Part shown: positions 1-11,935 of the stretch, piece after piece
How positions within the stretch are numbered: the stretch's first letter is position 1
Layout of the letters: each line of letters opens with the position of its first letter
NCBI GenBank assembly: GCA_030324005.1
Contig: JARDVH010000031.1
Span: 10,056,710-10,120,709 of the forward strand
Direction of reading: 5' to 3'
Length of the DNA stretch: 64,000 nucleotides
Source: Negaprion brevirostris
Lineage: Eukaryota
Notes under the pieces: model-generated
What the model was told of the DNA's origin: nothing
What the model saw: only the letters and a program-made list of their open reading frames with translations
The model's database searches: none
Translations under genes and position numbers: made by a program

Positions 1-2231
1 AAACAAATTATAAAAGTCTTGTTGTATTACAAATTTAAATATTTATGTTTTAAAAAACAATAAAGCAATTAAGATCATTTTAAAGCTGTTCTATTGTTTT
101 TGAACAAAAGTTTTCTTATTCATTTTCTAAACCTTTCAGGATTAAATTATGTACAAGCATTTTGTATTATTTTCTTCACTAGTGAGTGCATTGATGAGTC
201 CTTCACTTCATCAGTTGAGAGAATGGGCTACACATTTGTGACTGAATATTACAAATTGTATTTTTATTTGTGCCATTTTGAACTTTTCATTAAGATTAGA
301 AAACTATTTTTAAAATACAAGTTTAATTACAATAACACCTTGAAATATCTCTTTATAATTAAGAGAACTTACAGCAACTGAATAAGTCAGCATCTGCTTT
401 TATTGCATGGGATGTTGGAATTTTCATCAATATTTTCATCTTCCTTGCAAAAAGGTTGAAAATCTTGCTATGGGCCCTTTTGAGAATTATAGAAATACAT
501 CAGGGCAAATCCAATTTTCTGAATGCTCCTACATGTTTGTGCTGATTGTGATATTTAAGATTTTCTCAAAATAAGTGAGTTTTTTGTTCTTATTTGATAT
601 GAAAAAGTTTGAAACATCAGTTATTCATGGAAATATTATCAATAATTTCAGACTCTTTTCCATGAACCATTAATAAATCTGCAAAAAATAAATATTTTTA
701 TTGATCTCTTCATTAAAACACTATTTGTGCAGAAAGGGTTAGGGCATATAATGGGATTATGACAACATTTAGATGTTGCGCAACATAACAGTTCAATAGC
801 AGAGTGGAAATATACACTTTGATAATGAAGTTAACAATGTTTTAAACTTGGATTTATTCAATCTTCCATAAACTGTGACAGTCTGGAATAAATGAAAGTT
901 TGCACATGCATTCTCAATACTATCCTGTTTTGTCAGGCAAAGTACACAAGACATGTATCTTGCTGTTTTGCTCCCTCCCTATCTCTAAGTAGACCAATCA
1001 TTCATCATGAGGCTTTTTTATACTTAGATGGGCAAGAACCAGTGCAACACATTGAAAAGTTACAGTAGTAACAGTTAGGCTAAAATTGGGATTTGCATTT
1101 GGGCATGGTCCTTATCCAAGGGAGCTTTACTGCCAAATCTACCCAGCAGTGCTGTTGAAACTTTTTGGTTACCTACAACAAAATGGTTGAAAGGCCATAC
1201 GTATTTAATGACATCAAAAAGCTCAGGAGTATATGTTTAATCGAGTCAGCTGCAAATTAAGGGTGTGTGTTTCTCATTGGTTTTAGTGTCGGAACAATGG
1301 TTTAACACTAAGTTTCCCTACATGCCAAAATAGATACTAAACTCACAAATCAATGAACACCTACTCATTTAATATTTCCTATGTGACATAAAAGGGTTAA
1401 ATTCTACAAATAGTAACAGAGTAGATTAAATGCAGATCCACAGAACATCAATTCAGTGTTTTATAACTGATTTACGAAGGCGCTGGGACAACGTAAGTGT
1501 TAAAAACTAAAATTAATTTACTGTTGTGAGTAATGCTTACATGAATAAAAATAAATATCACAAAAATTAAAAGCCACAAATTAATGTAAATTTCATTGTA
1601 TGCTTGCTTCAGATACAAAATATATTATACTAGATAAAAATAAATAGTAGCATCAAAATAGTATTGTAATTAATGCAACATTGCATGTTAGGAACAAAAT
1701 ACATTAAATTTACCTTTGCAGTTGGTGCAATTAAGTTGAGAAGGTAATGGTCAAACCTGGTTCTACAAAGTAAATATTAACAAAACTACCAATAAAATAT
1801 AGAAATAAAATAACTTTAGATTATAAGCAATTTGTTTTAAATTATGATGTAGTACTATGCCTACACTTAACTAAAATGCATAAATATGTAGCTACAGAGC
1901 CCAATTATAGGGACAATCTTCAAACCCTATTTTGTAAACTGGGTGAGGCAGGATACAACTGACAGTTAACATGGCAGCTTTGTTTTGATAAGATGCTGTT
2001 CACACCATATTAGTTTGCAATTATAGATTGTATTATCAAAGAAGTTTAGGCAGAGACACCCAACTTTTAGTTCTCATTTGCTGCATAGTCTTGAGGCCAC
2101 GTGTAAAGTTTATATTCATATATTCATTTATTTACATATATCTCAGGTTGCTGATACAAACAGATTGTGTTCTAATTAATGATTTATCCACCAATGTAAT
2201 AATGGCCAGAGTTCTTCTGCTATTCACTTTG

Positions 2232-2590
2232 GTAGGATTTTCTGGTCCAGCCAATGACAAACCCCTAATGTGGACTTTCCAGCAGCATAAGGTGCAATAA
2301 ATTGGAAATTACAGAAGACCCTGCCCCGGTGAATGGCGCAAGAATCAAGGTGTTCATACCCGCAGGTTCTTTGGGTCTTGCCAAAGTCCACCTTGCGGTG
2401 GATTCCATCTTGTAGCACACAATGGAATGGTGTGTTTATATTTTGAATGCTCTATATTCTGTGCAGCAGATGAATTCAAGGAGCAGGATCCAGTGGCAGA
2501 GCCACGCAAAAATCTATAGACTTCAATGGGGTTGGAAGATCCTGCCAATGGCTCCATCCGCTGTGGTGGTGGCCAGAAAATCTCAGCCAT
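2232..2590. mobile_element. Degenerate MITE-like element(s) with GGATTTTC...GAAAATC termini
   Basis: ggattttctggtcc at ~2235 and ggccagaaaatctcagcc at ~2571-2588; the same terminal motif recurs across the window. Confidence 0.5.
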
Positions 2591-2599
2591 AGGTTACCC

Positions 2600-3555
2600 T
2601 TTTTGTCTTTCCTTACTCGTAATGTATTGATAAAGCATCTTTGACTTCTCTTTGATTTTACTCACCAACATTCATTCATGCCCTCTTTGCTTTTTGACTT
2701 TACCTTTGCACTTTCTATTTTCCAGGTGGCTGTGTACCAAATTCTTGGTGTCTGAAGTAAGATTTCCTTTTCTGTTTTGTCTTACTTTGTATATTCCCTA
2801 ACAGCCAAGGGATTCTAGAATTGGCTGTCCCATTCTTTTTCTTTATGGAGACATGTTTACTCTGAATCTCTTAGAATGTCTCCTGCTGCTTTAACATTGA
2901 TTTACCTTCAAGTAGCTGTTTCTAGTCCACTTTTGCTAAATCACTCCTCAGCTTAGTAAAATTGGCTGCATTTAATTTAGAACTTTTAACTCCTGTTCTT
3001 TGTCCTTTTCCATTAATATGTTAAAACCAACTAAATTATGATCACTTCTACCAAAATGCTCTCCCAAATGCCACTCTTCCCACCTGGCTAGCTTCATTGC
3101 CTAAAACTAATTTCAAACCATATTCTCTCTTGTTGGATGCCACATACTGGCCAACAAAGTTTTCTTGAATTCACCTCAAGAATTCTGTTCCCTCCATTCT
3201 TTCCACAATAGAACTATCCCACTTAATATTGGGGTAATTAAAATCCCCTACTATTACTGACATACTGTATTTGCACCACTGAGATTTGCCTACTTATTTG
3301 CTCTTCTATTTCTCTTTGGGATTTGGGGTATATAGTACACCTCCATTAGTGTGACTGTCCTTCTTTTGTTCCCTCGCATAATCCATATGGCCTCATCTAA
3401 TGATTTTTCGAACATAAAATCCCTCCTTACTGCTGCAATTTTTATTTGACCAGAACTGCCACCACCACCCCCCCACCTTTCTATCCTCCTCCTCCATCTT
3501 ATCTGAAAACCCTGTAACCAGCAACATTGAGCTGCTTTTCCTGTCCCTCCAAATA
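2600..3555 (-). mobile_element. Degenerate CR1-clade LINE, endonuclease region
   Basis: Minus ORF 3290..3562 RGNKRRTVTLMEVYYIP resembles the CR1 APE motif LRNKKG..TLLGVYYRPP. Confidence 0.7.
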
Positions 3556-3730
3556 GAATCATAAAATCCTACACTGCAGAAGGAGGTCATTCAGCCCATC
3601 AAATTGCACCAACCATAGTATCACCTGGCCCTATCTCTGTAACCCCATGTATTTACCTTAGCTAGTCCCCTTGACACTAAGGGGCGATTTAGCATGGCCA
3701 ACCCACCTAACCTACACATCTTTGGACTAT
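3553..3730 (-). mobile_element. HE1-like SINE 3' part
   Basis: Reverse-complement match to the SINE at 16086-16426 (ctacactgcagaaggaggtcattc...tttagcatggccaacccacctaacc). Confidence 0.75.
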
Positions 3731-3949
3731 AAGCCATGTTTCTGTAACTGTTATGGTATCATACTGTCAAGTTTCCATCTGTGCCATTAGCTTGTCTGCT
3801 TCATTTGAAAAAGCTCCCTAAATTCAGACTGCAGGACCACATCCCTCTTTCTCTTCAGAGTTTGTGCCAATATGGACCACAGCACCCTTGCTCTGTAAGT
3901 GCTCAGTGACATCCTTGACCCTGGCACTGGGATGCAACACACCATCTTG
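3730..3949 (-). mobile_element. CR1 ORF1/junction fragment
   Basis: gtgacatccttgaccctggcac is the reverse complement of gtgccagggttaaggatgtcac in the CR1 ORF1 at ~24426. Confidence 0.55.
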
Positions 3950-4243
3950 NNNNNNNNNNNNNNNNNNNNNNNNNNNNNNNNNNNNNNNNNNNNNNNNNNN
4001 NNNNNNNNNNNNNNNNNNNNNNNNNNNNNNNNNNNNNNNGTTGAGATGGCGGCGCGGGCTCGTTGGGCCGAAGGGCCTGTTTCCCGGGCTGATTTTGTTC
4101 TTTGTTCTTTGTACCTATGATTCCCTCATCTACATTCAAACTTACGGTTACTTTTATTTGAACCAATGTTAAACCAATGGTTTCTATTTCCCAAAACCAG
4201 GGAATGGCTATTTGTTACAAACAAATGATTAGTAACATAGATA

Positions 4244-5120
4244 CAGCAAAAATTTGGAGTGGGATTCTCTAGTCTCCCAGCTGCGTATTTCTTGGGACAA
4301 GAGGTGGTGGATTTTCTGGTCCCGCTGCTGTCAAGGGATTTTCCACTGTAGCTACCTCGTGCTGTGGACAGGGATGTGCTGGCAGCAATTTTCCAGAGAA
4401 TCCTGCCAGTGAACAGCCAGAGAATCTTGCTTAAAGACATTCTAGAGGAAACATATTCAGGGATAGAGTGGGACTTTCTCACTGCCAGAATGGTCACTCC
4501 AACCACAAGTCAATGGACTTCTAGCTGGGCTGCCAAATCTCCCATGGCTGGACCTACTATGTTGGGGCTGGAAAATTCCAGCCATAGAGACAGACACACA
4601 GATAGCAAGAAAATAGGTAAACGTATCAGATTGACAATACTACAGCGTACATGAAAAGAAAGATGGGGCATATGTATCCTCTTTGGCATACTACAAGTAT
4701 CAATGAACTAGCAAAATTCAATGGACAAGATTCTTAATGGTAGTGTGATTCGTAGCTTAACTCCTACAGTACCAGAGTAACCAGGGAAGTCTGTACCTGT
4801 TACTTTAACATATTACATCACAAATCAAGAGGAACAAAATCATTCACTGCAATAATAAAGCAGGAATGTCTTTGGAATTGTTTTATTATTTAAACATAAT
4901 AATATTAATAAAATAGTCCTCTAGATTGTCTTTAAGCAAGATTCTCTGGCTGTTCATTGGCAGGATTCTCTGGTCCTGCCGCCAGCACATCCCTGTCCAC
5001 AGCACGAGGTAGCTACAGTGGAAAATCCCTTGACAGTAGCGGGACCAGAAAATCCACCACCTCTTGTCCCAAGAAATACGCAGCTGAGAGACTAGAGAAT
5101 CCCGCTCCAAATTTTTGCTG
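4244..5120. repeat. Inverted repeat: arms 4244-4449 and 4917-5120, spacer ~470 bp
   Basis: The arms are reverse complements with about five substitutions plus one short divergent block. Each holds a MITE-like element plus flanking sequence. Confidence 0.95.
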
Positions 5121-5804
5121 ATATCCAATTTTGTAAGAACTGTTGAATTATTTTCTCCCAATTTACATTCTGTTTATTATCCTGTAACATAATTATAAAG
5201 AGATCTTTTTCATCATTCAAGATTGCCATTCTTTGCTATTGTCACAAAGTTATCAAGAGCTGATGAGCAACACATATCACAGACCAAACATAATTTCAGA
5301 CTGCCCCCACAAATCAATGACAATACAGCATTCAATACCGATGAACATCGGTCACATGGTTACTCTAGAAAATTGTAATCTGGAGAGCATCAGTCCAATA
5401 TGGCCTGCCTTTATTAGCGTTGACCCATATTAAGTACTGAACAATTAGGTAGGTCATATAAATAGCTTCAGCATAAAAATCACATGATCACTACTGGACT
5501 AATTAGAATCTTAAAATGTCAAAGTTGAAAGATGATGTGATCACAAATATTAAAGTGATGGACAAAAGACCCCAAATCACCCATCAAACACATCCTATAC
5601 ACTATATTGCAACTGAACACCAAACTCTCTGTACTCCCCATCCACCAGCAAGCACATAATCTCCTGGGAAAGGCAAAACACAAGGCCAATTCAGGGGAAA
5701 GAAATATGGCAATTTCCTCTCTAACTCCCAAAGGTGATGAAACACATTGCAGAGAATCACAGAGAGCAGGAGGTACTATAGCCAACACCTCATCTATCTG
5801 ATAT

Positions 5805-6700
5805 ATAAGAACATACATACGAAGTAGGAGTTGACATAGGCCATTCACCCCTTGAACCTGCTCCTCCATTTGATAAGATCATGGCTGATTTGTTTGTGTT
5901 TTGGATTCCACATTCCCCTCTTCCCCCAATAACTTTGATTTCCTTGCCTAACAAGAATCTATCAACGCCTTAAAAATATTCAATGATCCTCACCTCCATC
6001 ACTTTCTGAGGCAGAGTGTTCCGGTCTCACAAGCCTCAAGAGAAAAAAATTCTCTTAATCTCTGTCCTATAAGGGAGACCCCTAATTTTAAAACAGTGTT
6101 CTCTAATTCTGGACTCAGAGGAAACAGCCTTTCCACATCCATCTTTTTGAGACTGTTCATGATCTTATACACTTCAGTCAAGTCATCCCTCGCTTTTCTA
6201 AACTCCAGCAGGAGCACGCCCAGCCTAACCAACCTTTCCTTGTAAGACAACCAGATCATTCCATGTTATCAATCAGTAAACCTCCTCTGAACTACTTCCA
6301 ATGCATTTATAGCCTTTCCTAAAGGAGACCAAAACCGCATACAGTATTTAAGATGTGGTCTCATCAATGCCCTATACAGATGAAGTACAACATCCTTACT
6401 TCTATGCTTGATTCCCAAGTAATAAAATGATAGCATTCCATTAGCCTTCTATTAATTGCTGTGCCCACATATAACTTTGTGTGACTCGTGCATGAGAACG
6501 TCTAGTGAGCAATTTCACATTTTTCCACGTTGTACTCCATCTGCCAGATTTTTGCCCAATCAACCTGTCTATATCTGTCTGCAACCTTGTTATGCCCTCT
6601 TCATAACAAACTTTCATATCTATCTCTGTGTCATCTGCAAATTTAGTGACCATGCCTTTGCTCCCCTCACCAAGTCATTGTTATGAATTGTAAAATGTTG
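5805..6700 (-). mobile_element. CR1 LINE 3' RT region and tail
   Basis: Minus ORFs contain KFADDT (6441..6653) and LEFRKARDDLTEVYKIM (5999..6259); aagaacat-type tail at ~5807. Confidence 0.88.
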
Positions 6701-6744
6701 AGGCAAATGCTATGATGTCCTATTCCCCTTTGAAAGCTTGCAAG

Positions 6745-6960
6745 ACATAAGAACATAAGAAATAGGAGCAGGNNNNNNNNNNNNNNNNNNNNNNNNNNNN
6801 NNNNNNNNNNNNNNNNNNNNNNNNNNNNNNNNNNNNNNNNNNNNNNNNNNNNNNNNNNNNNNNNNNNNNNNNAGTCCCCCCTCTCATCCTCTAAGGGTCC
6901 AACGTTCACCCTAGCCAGCCTCTTCCTTTTTATATATTTATAAAAACTCACCAACAATTT
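6745..6960 (-). mobile_element. Younger CR1 fragments flanking a gap
   Basis: cataagaacataagaaataggagcagg tail; minus ORF FYKYIKRKRLARVNVGPLEDERG. Confidence 0.75.
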
Positions 6961-9104
6961 GTTCAAAGACTCTCAAACTTTAAGGTATTTCTATGTTAAT
7001 GTAATTTATACTCATGTCTCCTGGGAGTTGCTCAATATCTAACTCAAATGGCTGATTTACATGACCAAATCCAATGCTTTTATTATCTTAAAGCCTTCAA
7101 TCAAATTTATTCAAATCTACACTGCTCCAGAATGAAAAAAACACAGCTCCCTAAGTGTATCACATGCATAAATTAGACATCAATTTTGTGGTTCTCATAT
7201 GAATCTTTTCTAGTGTCTCTATATCATATGAGGGAATGAAAATTAACACATTTTAGATAAGGCTTAACCAAGGTCTTACAAAAGGATAATTATTGCTTTT
7301 TGTTTTGTATTACATTATCCTCACAATAGATCCCAATATTTACTTTCACTGTCGCCTCACGGCAGTGGTCATTAAGCCTAACGCATTTCATGTCTTGCAA
7401 CAAAAATGCCTTTTACTTATCAATTTTCTAATTTAAACTCCCAATGCCCATCATCCTGATCATTATTAAAGGGTGCAGAGAGCTTCAACATCGATTTCTG
7501 TGTCACTCCACTAGTGACTGATCTCCAGATCCACTGCTATTATAAAGATACTAGTACTTACAAATAGCTTTCAAACCTCAGGATAGCAAGCTGTTTTAAA
7601 GTTAACTTTGAAGTGTAATCACTGTTATAATTTAGGAAATATTACATAATACATTGTAATGCTTGAGTCATTCCTGAATTTTGGAATTTTCTGGATTATA
7701 CAATGATGTCAGAATGCCTATCTACAAGTGCATGAACTGGAAAACACCAAATATATAAATATTTAGCTGAAACATAAAACACTGATGAAACATTAACAAG
7801 CAGTAATAAAAATTGGTTTACTTATCCATTCCTATCTCTGCTCCCAAAATACTGTACTATAATGATTCCATTGACACCAAGGGAAGGCTTAGGTTGATCA
7901 AAAAGTTTCAGACAAAGTTGTGCTTCTAAACAATGTATTTTCAGCCTGGAGAAGTTAGTGTATTTGTAACAACCTTCTGATATTGGGATGCAACCCCTTT
8001 CTTTATCCAACCCAGGATCTGCCCACAGATTCCACAGGACTCTACCTTAACAACTGGATGTGCTTGCTTAAAAGGGGGAGTAATTTAAAAGTACATATTG
8101 TTGCATATATGTTCAAAAAGTAATCAGTTAAATCATTAATTACGTCCCTTCCTCCACACCGACTCAACTTAGTCACAAGAAAAAAATATCAATTATACTT
8201 TGTTTCTTCTGACTCAGCAGTTACTTTAAGGCCTGATTGCAAATCCATAAGTGATCCATCAATAAGTTATATAAATATTTTATTTATTTTAGCTCAAAGA
8301 AATAACCTATGAAGATTTACCTGATTGTGTCATTAAAGAAACAATCAGACTTCCACCAGGGGCTGAATTTTATGTTCTCCCCAGGGGTAGGACGGCAGAC
8401 AGGCAGGGGGTAGTAAAACTGGGTGCAATGCTATAGGTGTTGTTCCTTTGCTTTCTACCCATTCTGCGAAAATTTTATGCATGGATGGCGAGGCATTTGG
8501 CAACTGCCCAAAGGTCTCTGCTGTAATTAGTCCTTTGGAGCTCAGCACCAAATGTGAAGCTCAGCAGCTTTGCTCAGGCTGGTAGTAAACTAAGTGGTGG
8601 AGGGGGGTACAACTTTCATGGGCCCCCTCTGGTGCTGTTGAAGTGCTTTGGGATGTTCTTGAGGTAATGAAAAGATGTATGTACAATATGCAAGTTGTCT
8701 TTTTTTAAATTGCTACTCCCATTCAAAGAACTCAAGTGGAAAGTGTGCTGGGAAAGTGAAAATATTCTCAAAGCTCAGATGGATCAAGTTTCTGGGACAG
8801 ATAAATTCAATTTTACCCAGCATAGGGTTATGCTTTCACTTGTTAAAACTTGATGAAAACATGGATAATAAATCTCCATTATGATAATGATCATTGAAGT
8901 GCCACAAAGATGCTGTGCAGGAAGACCAATGTTTTAACCAGAGAGAAAAAATGAACAGCCAGTCTTTGGAGGGCAGCATTACAAACTACTCTGAAGAACA
9001 ACCTAGCATATGGTTGGGAGCATGTTGTCACCTGGGAAATAATAAGTTTTATTTATGCACAAGTGTATGAGTGTTGGGAAGTAGAGAAAATTCAATCTAT
9101 GCAT

Positions 9105-9255
9105 TTGGATGTGCTGGTTAGGCGCATTAACCATGCTAAATTCTCCCTCAGTGTACCTGAACAGGCTTCAGAGTGTAGCAACTGAGGGATTTTCACAATA
9201 ACTTCACTGCAATGTTAATGCAAGCCTAATTGTAACCAATAAATAATAAATTAAA
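9105..9255 (+). mobile_element. SINE 3' part (HE1-related core, different tail)
   Basis: ccatgctaaattctccctcagtgt core shared with the 16086 SINE; ends in aataaataataaa. Confidence 0.55.
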
Positions 9256-9379
9256 AACTAGATTTCCATTATCAGACACAAGCTCTGATTAGATTTCAAA
9301 AGATGATCTAACAATAAGTAAAATGTGGCCCCATGGTATAGAAGCTCTTTTATTTGTCAGATAGGACAAAGATGCACTC

Positions 9380-9675
9380 GTCCCTAAACTTAGGATTGTT
9401 CTCCTTGTAACAGAGAAGCTTAAAAGGTAACATAAATAATGGTTTTTAAGATGATGTAAGGTTCTAATAGAATAGAGAAGAAATATTCTTTGATCTGTTA
9501 TGCTTTAACCAAAAAAAGGTAAAAGCTGACTCTATAAATAATTTTAGAATGGAGTAGGACAAGTAATTGATGAAAAACTTACAAGATAATGGACACAAAG
9601 TGGGCACATGGGACTAAACACAACTGTCCTTACAAAGAGCCAACACAGTCACAATGGGCCAAATTGCATTCTTTT
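9380..9675 (+). mobile_element. Old CR1 3' fragment
   Basis: ctaggattgttctccttg...agaagct...atgggccaaat, a decayed CR1 3' pattern. Confidence 0.45.
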
Positions 9676-9683
9676 CCATTTTA

Positions 9684-9805
9684 AGGCTAGAATTTTCCAG
9701 CTCCTTGCTGTGGGTTTCGCTGTGGCAGGGTCGACAAGCCATAAAATCATTGTTCACATCAGGATTGGAAAATCCCACCAGCATGAAGGGCTGTAAAATT
9801 CTGAC
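9684..9805. mobile_element. Short palindromic MITE
   Basis: Termini ggctagaattttccagc and gggctgtaaaattctg are imperfect inverted repeats. Confidence 0.6.
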
Positions 9806-11679
9806 TGAAGTTTTCAAACTGCTTTCTCAACAGGAAAAAATCAGCTTAAAAGGAGAAGAAATGCCAAACATGTGAGCTTAGGGTAACATATATGCAGAAT
9901 TGCATTGACATCTGTTGTCCAATAATGATTGGATTTGATTGAAACAACGATTGTTTATTCCACGGACCACAGTTAAATCATTTTTACTTACCTACTACTG
10001 GAAAACTAAGTCAGATCACACATTTCACAATCCACATGACTATAATCCTGTGCAAACAATCCTATCTGATAGATCATATTTCATGACCAGAAACCATCTG
10101 AAAATTGAACAAATTCATCAATATCCTTCAACAAATTCAATATGGCAAAGATTGATGGGACCTTCTGTGCAAGGTGTTGCAATAGAAAACAAAATTAGAC
10201 TAGCTTTGTGACAGGGTTCCTAACATGTCAATTGGCTGCTCACTCCAAGGGAATGTGTTGATCAAGCTAAGAGGGAAATCCAATTATCTGGGCTCAACTT
10301 TTCACTATGAATTAGCTGATGAGTGATAAGACAAGAAACCATAGCTTATAGAATGCTGCAGTTATAACTTAAAATATGGTGTTAAAGAACCAAGCAGGTT
10401 GTATTCTTCTGTTTCCTTGTGCACTCGTCCTTGTTAACTGAGTTGATAACGACAAAGTTCAGAAGATAGTTGCTACCTAGTGGACAGGATGCAAATGGTT
10501 TCGACTCTTTTTGTTCTATCTCTACTATTTGTGTTTTTTTTTCTCCACAGTCAGTTTACAGTCATATCTCAGCTAACTTTTGATACCTTTCAGGCATGTA
10601 ATTTTAAAAACAGAGCAGCAAAAACAATAAATAAAACAAGCCACAAGGCCTTCACTATTGAAGGAAATGAAGCACTGTGCGAAAAAAATGTATCTCACTG
10701 CTGTAGCATTTCCTTTATAACCTCAGTGGAGTGCTTTATTCGATTTGGCTACTCAACTGTTCTTTTAAGGCACAAAGGATCCGGCAAACTGCGTTTCTGT
10801 GGGCAATCTAAAAATACCCCCACAGGGCGTTATTGCGGACAAATGGTGGAGTTAGGTGAGGTAGTCAAAAGTGCGGTCAGAAAGAGGTGTTTTGCAAAAA
10901 GTATCGTTAGTTGTGGAGTGGAAAATGGAGAGATGGAGGAGTTTAGAGAGAAAGTTTGGAGGAGTTATGGATGGACTTACAGAAAATGAACTGCAATCCA
11001 GAGCTACAGGGAAGCGGGGGTGGAGGAAAGGGTGGGAGGGGAGGGGGGCGCGGTTTGGGGGAGTCAGTTAGATGGGCAAGCTCATGTAGACATTTTAGAA
11101 CATTTAAAATTAAATTCATTGGGAGATGGAAAGTCAATGTAGAACACTCAAGGAGGAAACGGTTATTTACATCCAGAATAACATAATCTGTACTTAACAA
11201 TAATAAATGTACATAAATGTATTGAACATTTACATAAATGACACACTTACAGGATACTTGGTCTGATTAGGGTGAATATATGTACATTTGCAACATATTA
11301 AAGGTTTTAGGTATAGCACACACATTCTGCAAGTATGGCAACTATTTCCTGTGCTGTTAGTGTGTAACAAAATGATGGCTAAAGCATTTTCACTAAATTT
11401 TAAAAAAACAGATGAAAGACACATTCTTGCACTTAATGAAATTAAATATTTCTAAAACTGGAACAATCAAGCAAGCAAAGTTCCCATGGACAGACATTTA
11501 GAAGTTCATGGGCCATATGCAGCCAAATGAACTAGTAATGCAGCTCCAAAGCTCAGGCAACTCAGTTTTTATTTGTACTTGTATTTACTGCTCCCTGGTG
11601 TGTCCTGTTTGAATTTGAGTTTGCAGGAGTGCAAAGGACTGTTTATACTGTGTTGTATATTAACAGCCAAATGGATAAT

Positions 11680-11935
11680 ATTGGAATAGTTTAGGTTAGA
11701 GAGTCATTAGATTGGTTCCACTGGTCGGCGCAACATCGAGGGCCGAANNNNNNNNNNNNNNNNNNNNNNNNNNNNNNNNNNNNNNNNNNNNNNNNNNNNN
11801 NNNNNNNNNNNNNNNNNNNNNNNNNNNNNNNNNNNNNNNNNNNNNNNTAGGTTAGAGAGTCATTAGATTGGTTCCACTGGTCGGCGCAACATCGAGGGCC
11901 GAAGGGCCTGTACTGCGCTGTAATATTCTATCTAA
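11680..11935 (+). mobile_element. CR1 3' tail, duplicated across a gap
   Basis: ggtcggcgcaacatcgagggccgaagggcctgtactgcgctgtaat. Confidence 0.75.

Noticed and set aside
1-2200. AT-rich start of the window as a possible 3'UTR or terminal exon
   Set aside because: The ZF4 and C-terminal exons were not seen upstream of it on the minus strand and no coding signal is present; treated as intron.
10480-10989. 169-aa ORF with a hydrophobic N-terminus
   Set aside because: No recognisable domain, antisense within an intron, and partly over decayed repeat; probably a chance ORF.
11692-11903. 56-bp direct repeat (11692-11747 and 11848-11903)
   Set aside because: It flanks a 100-N gap exactly, so it is an unmerged contig overlap.
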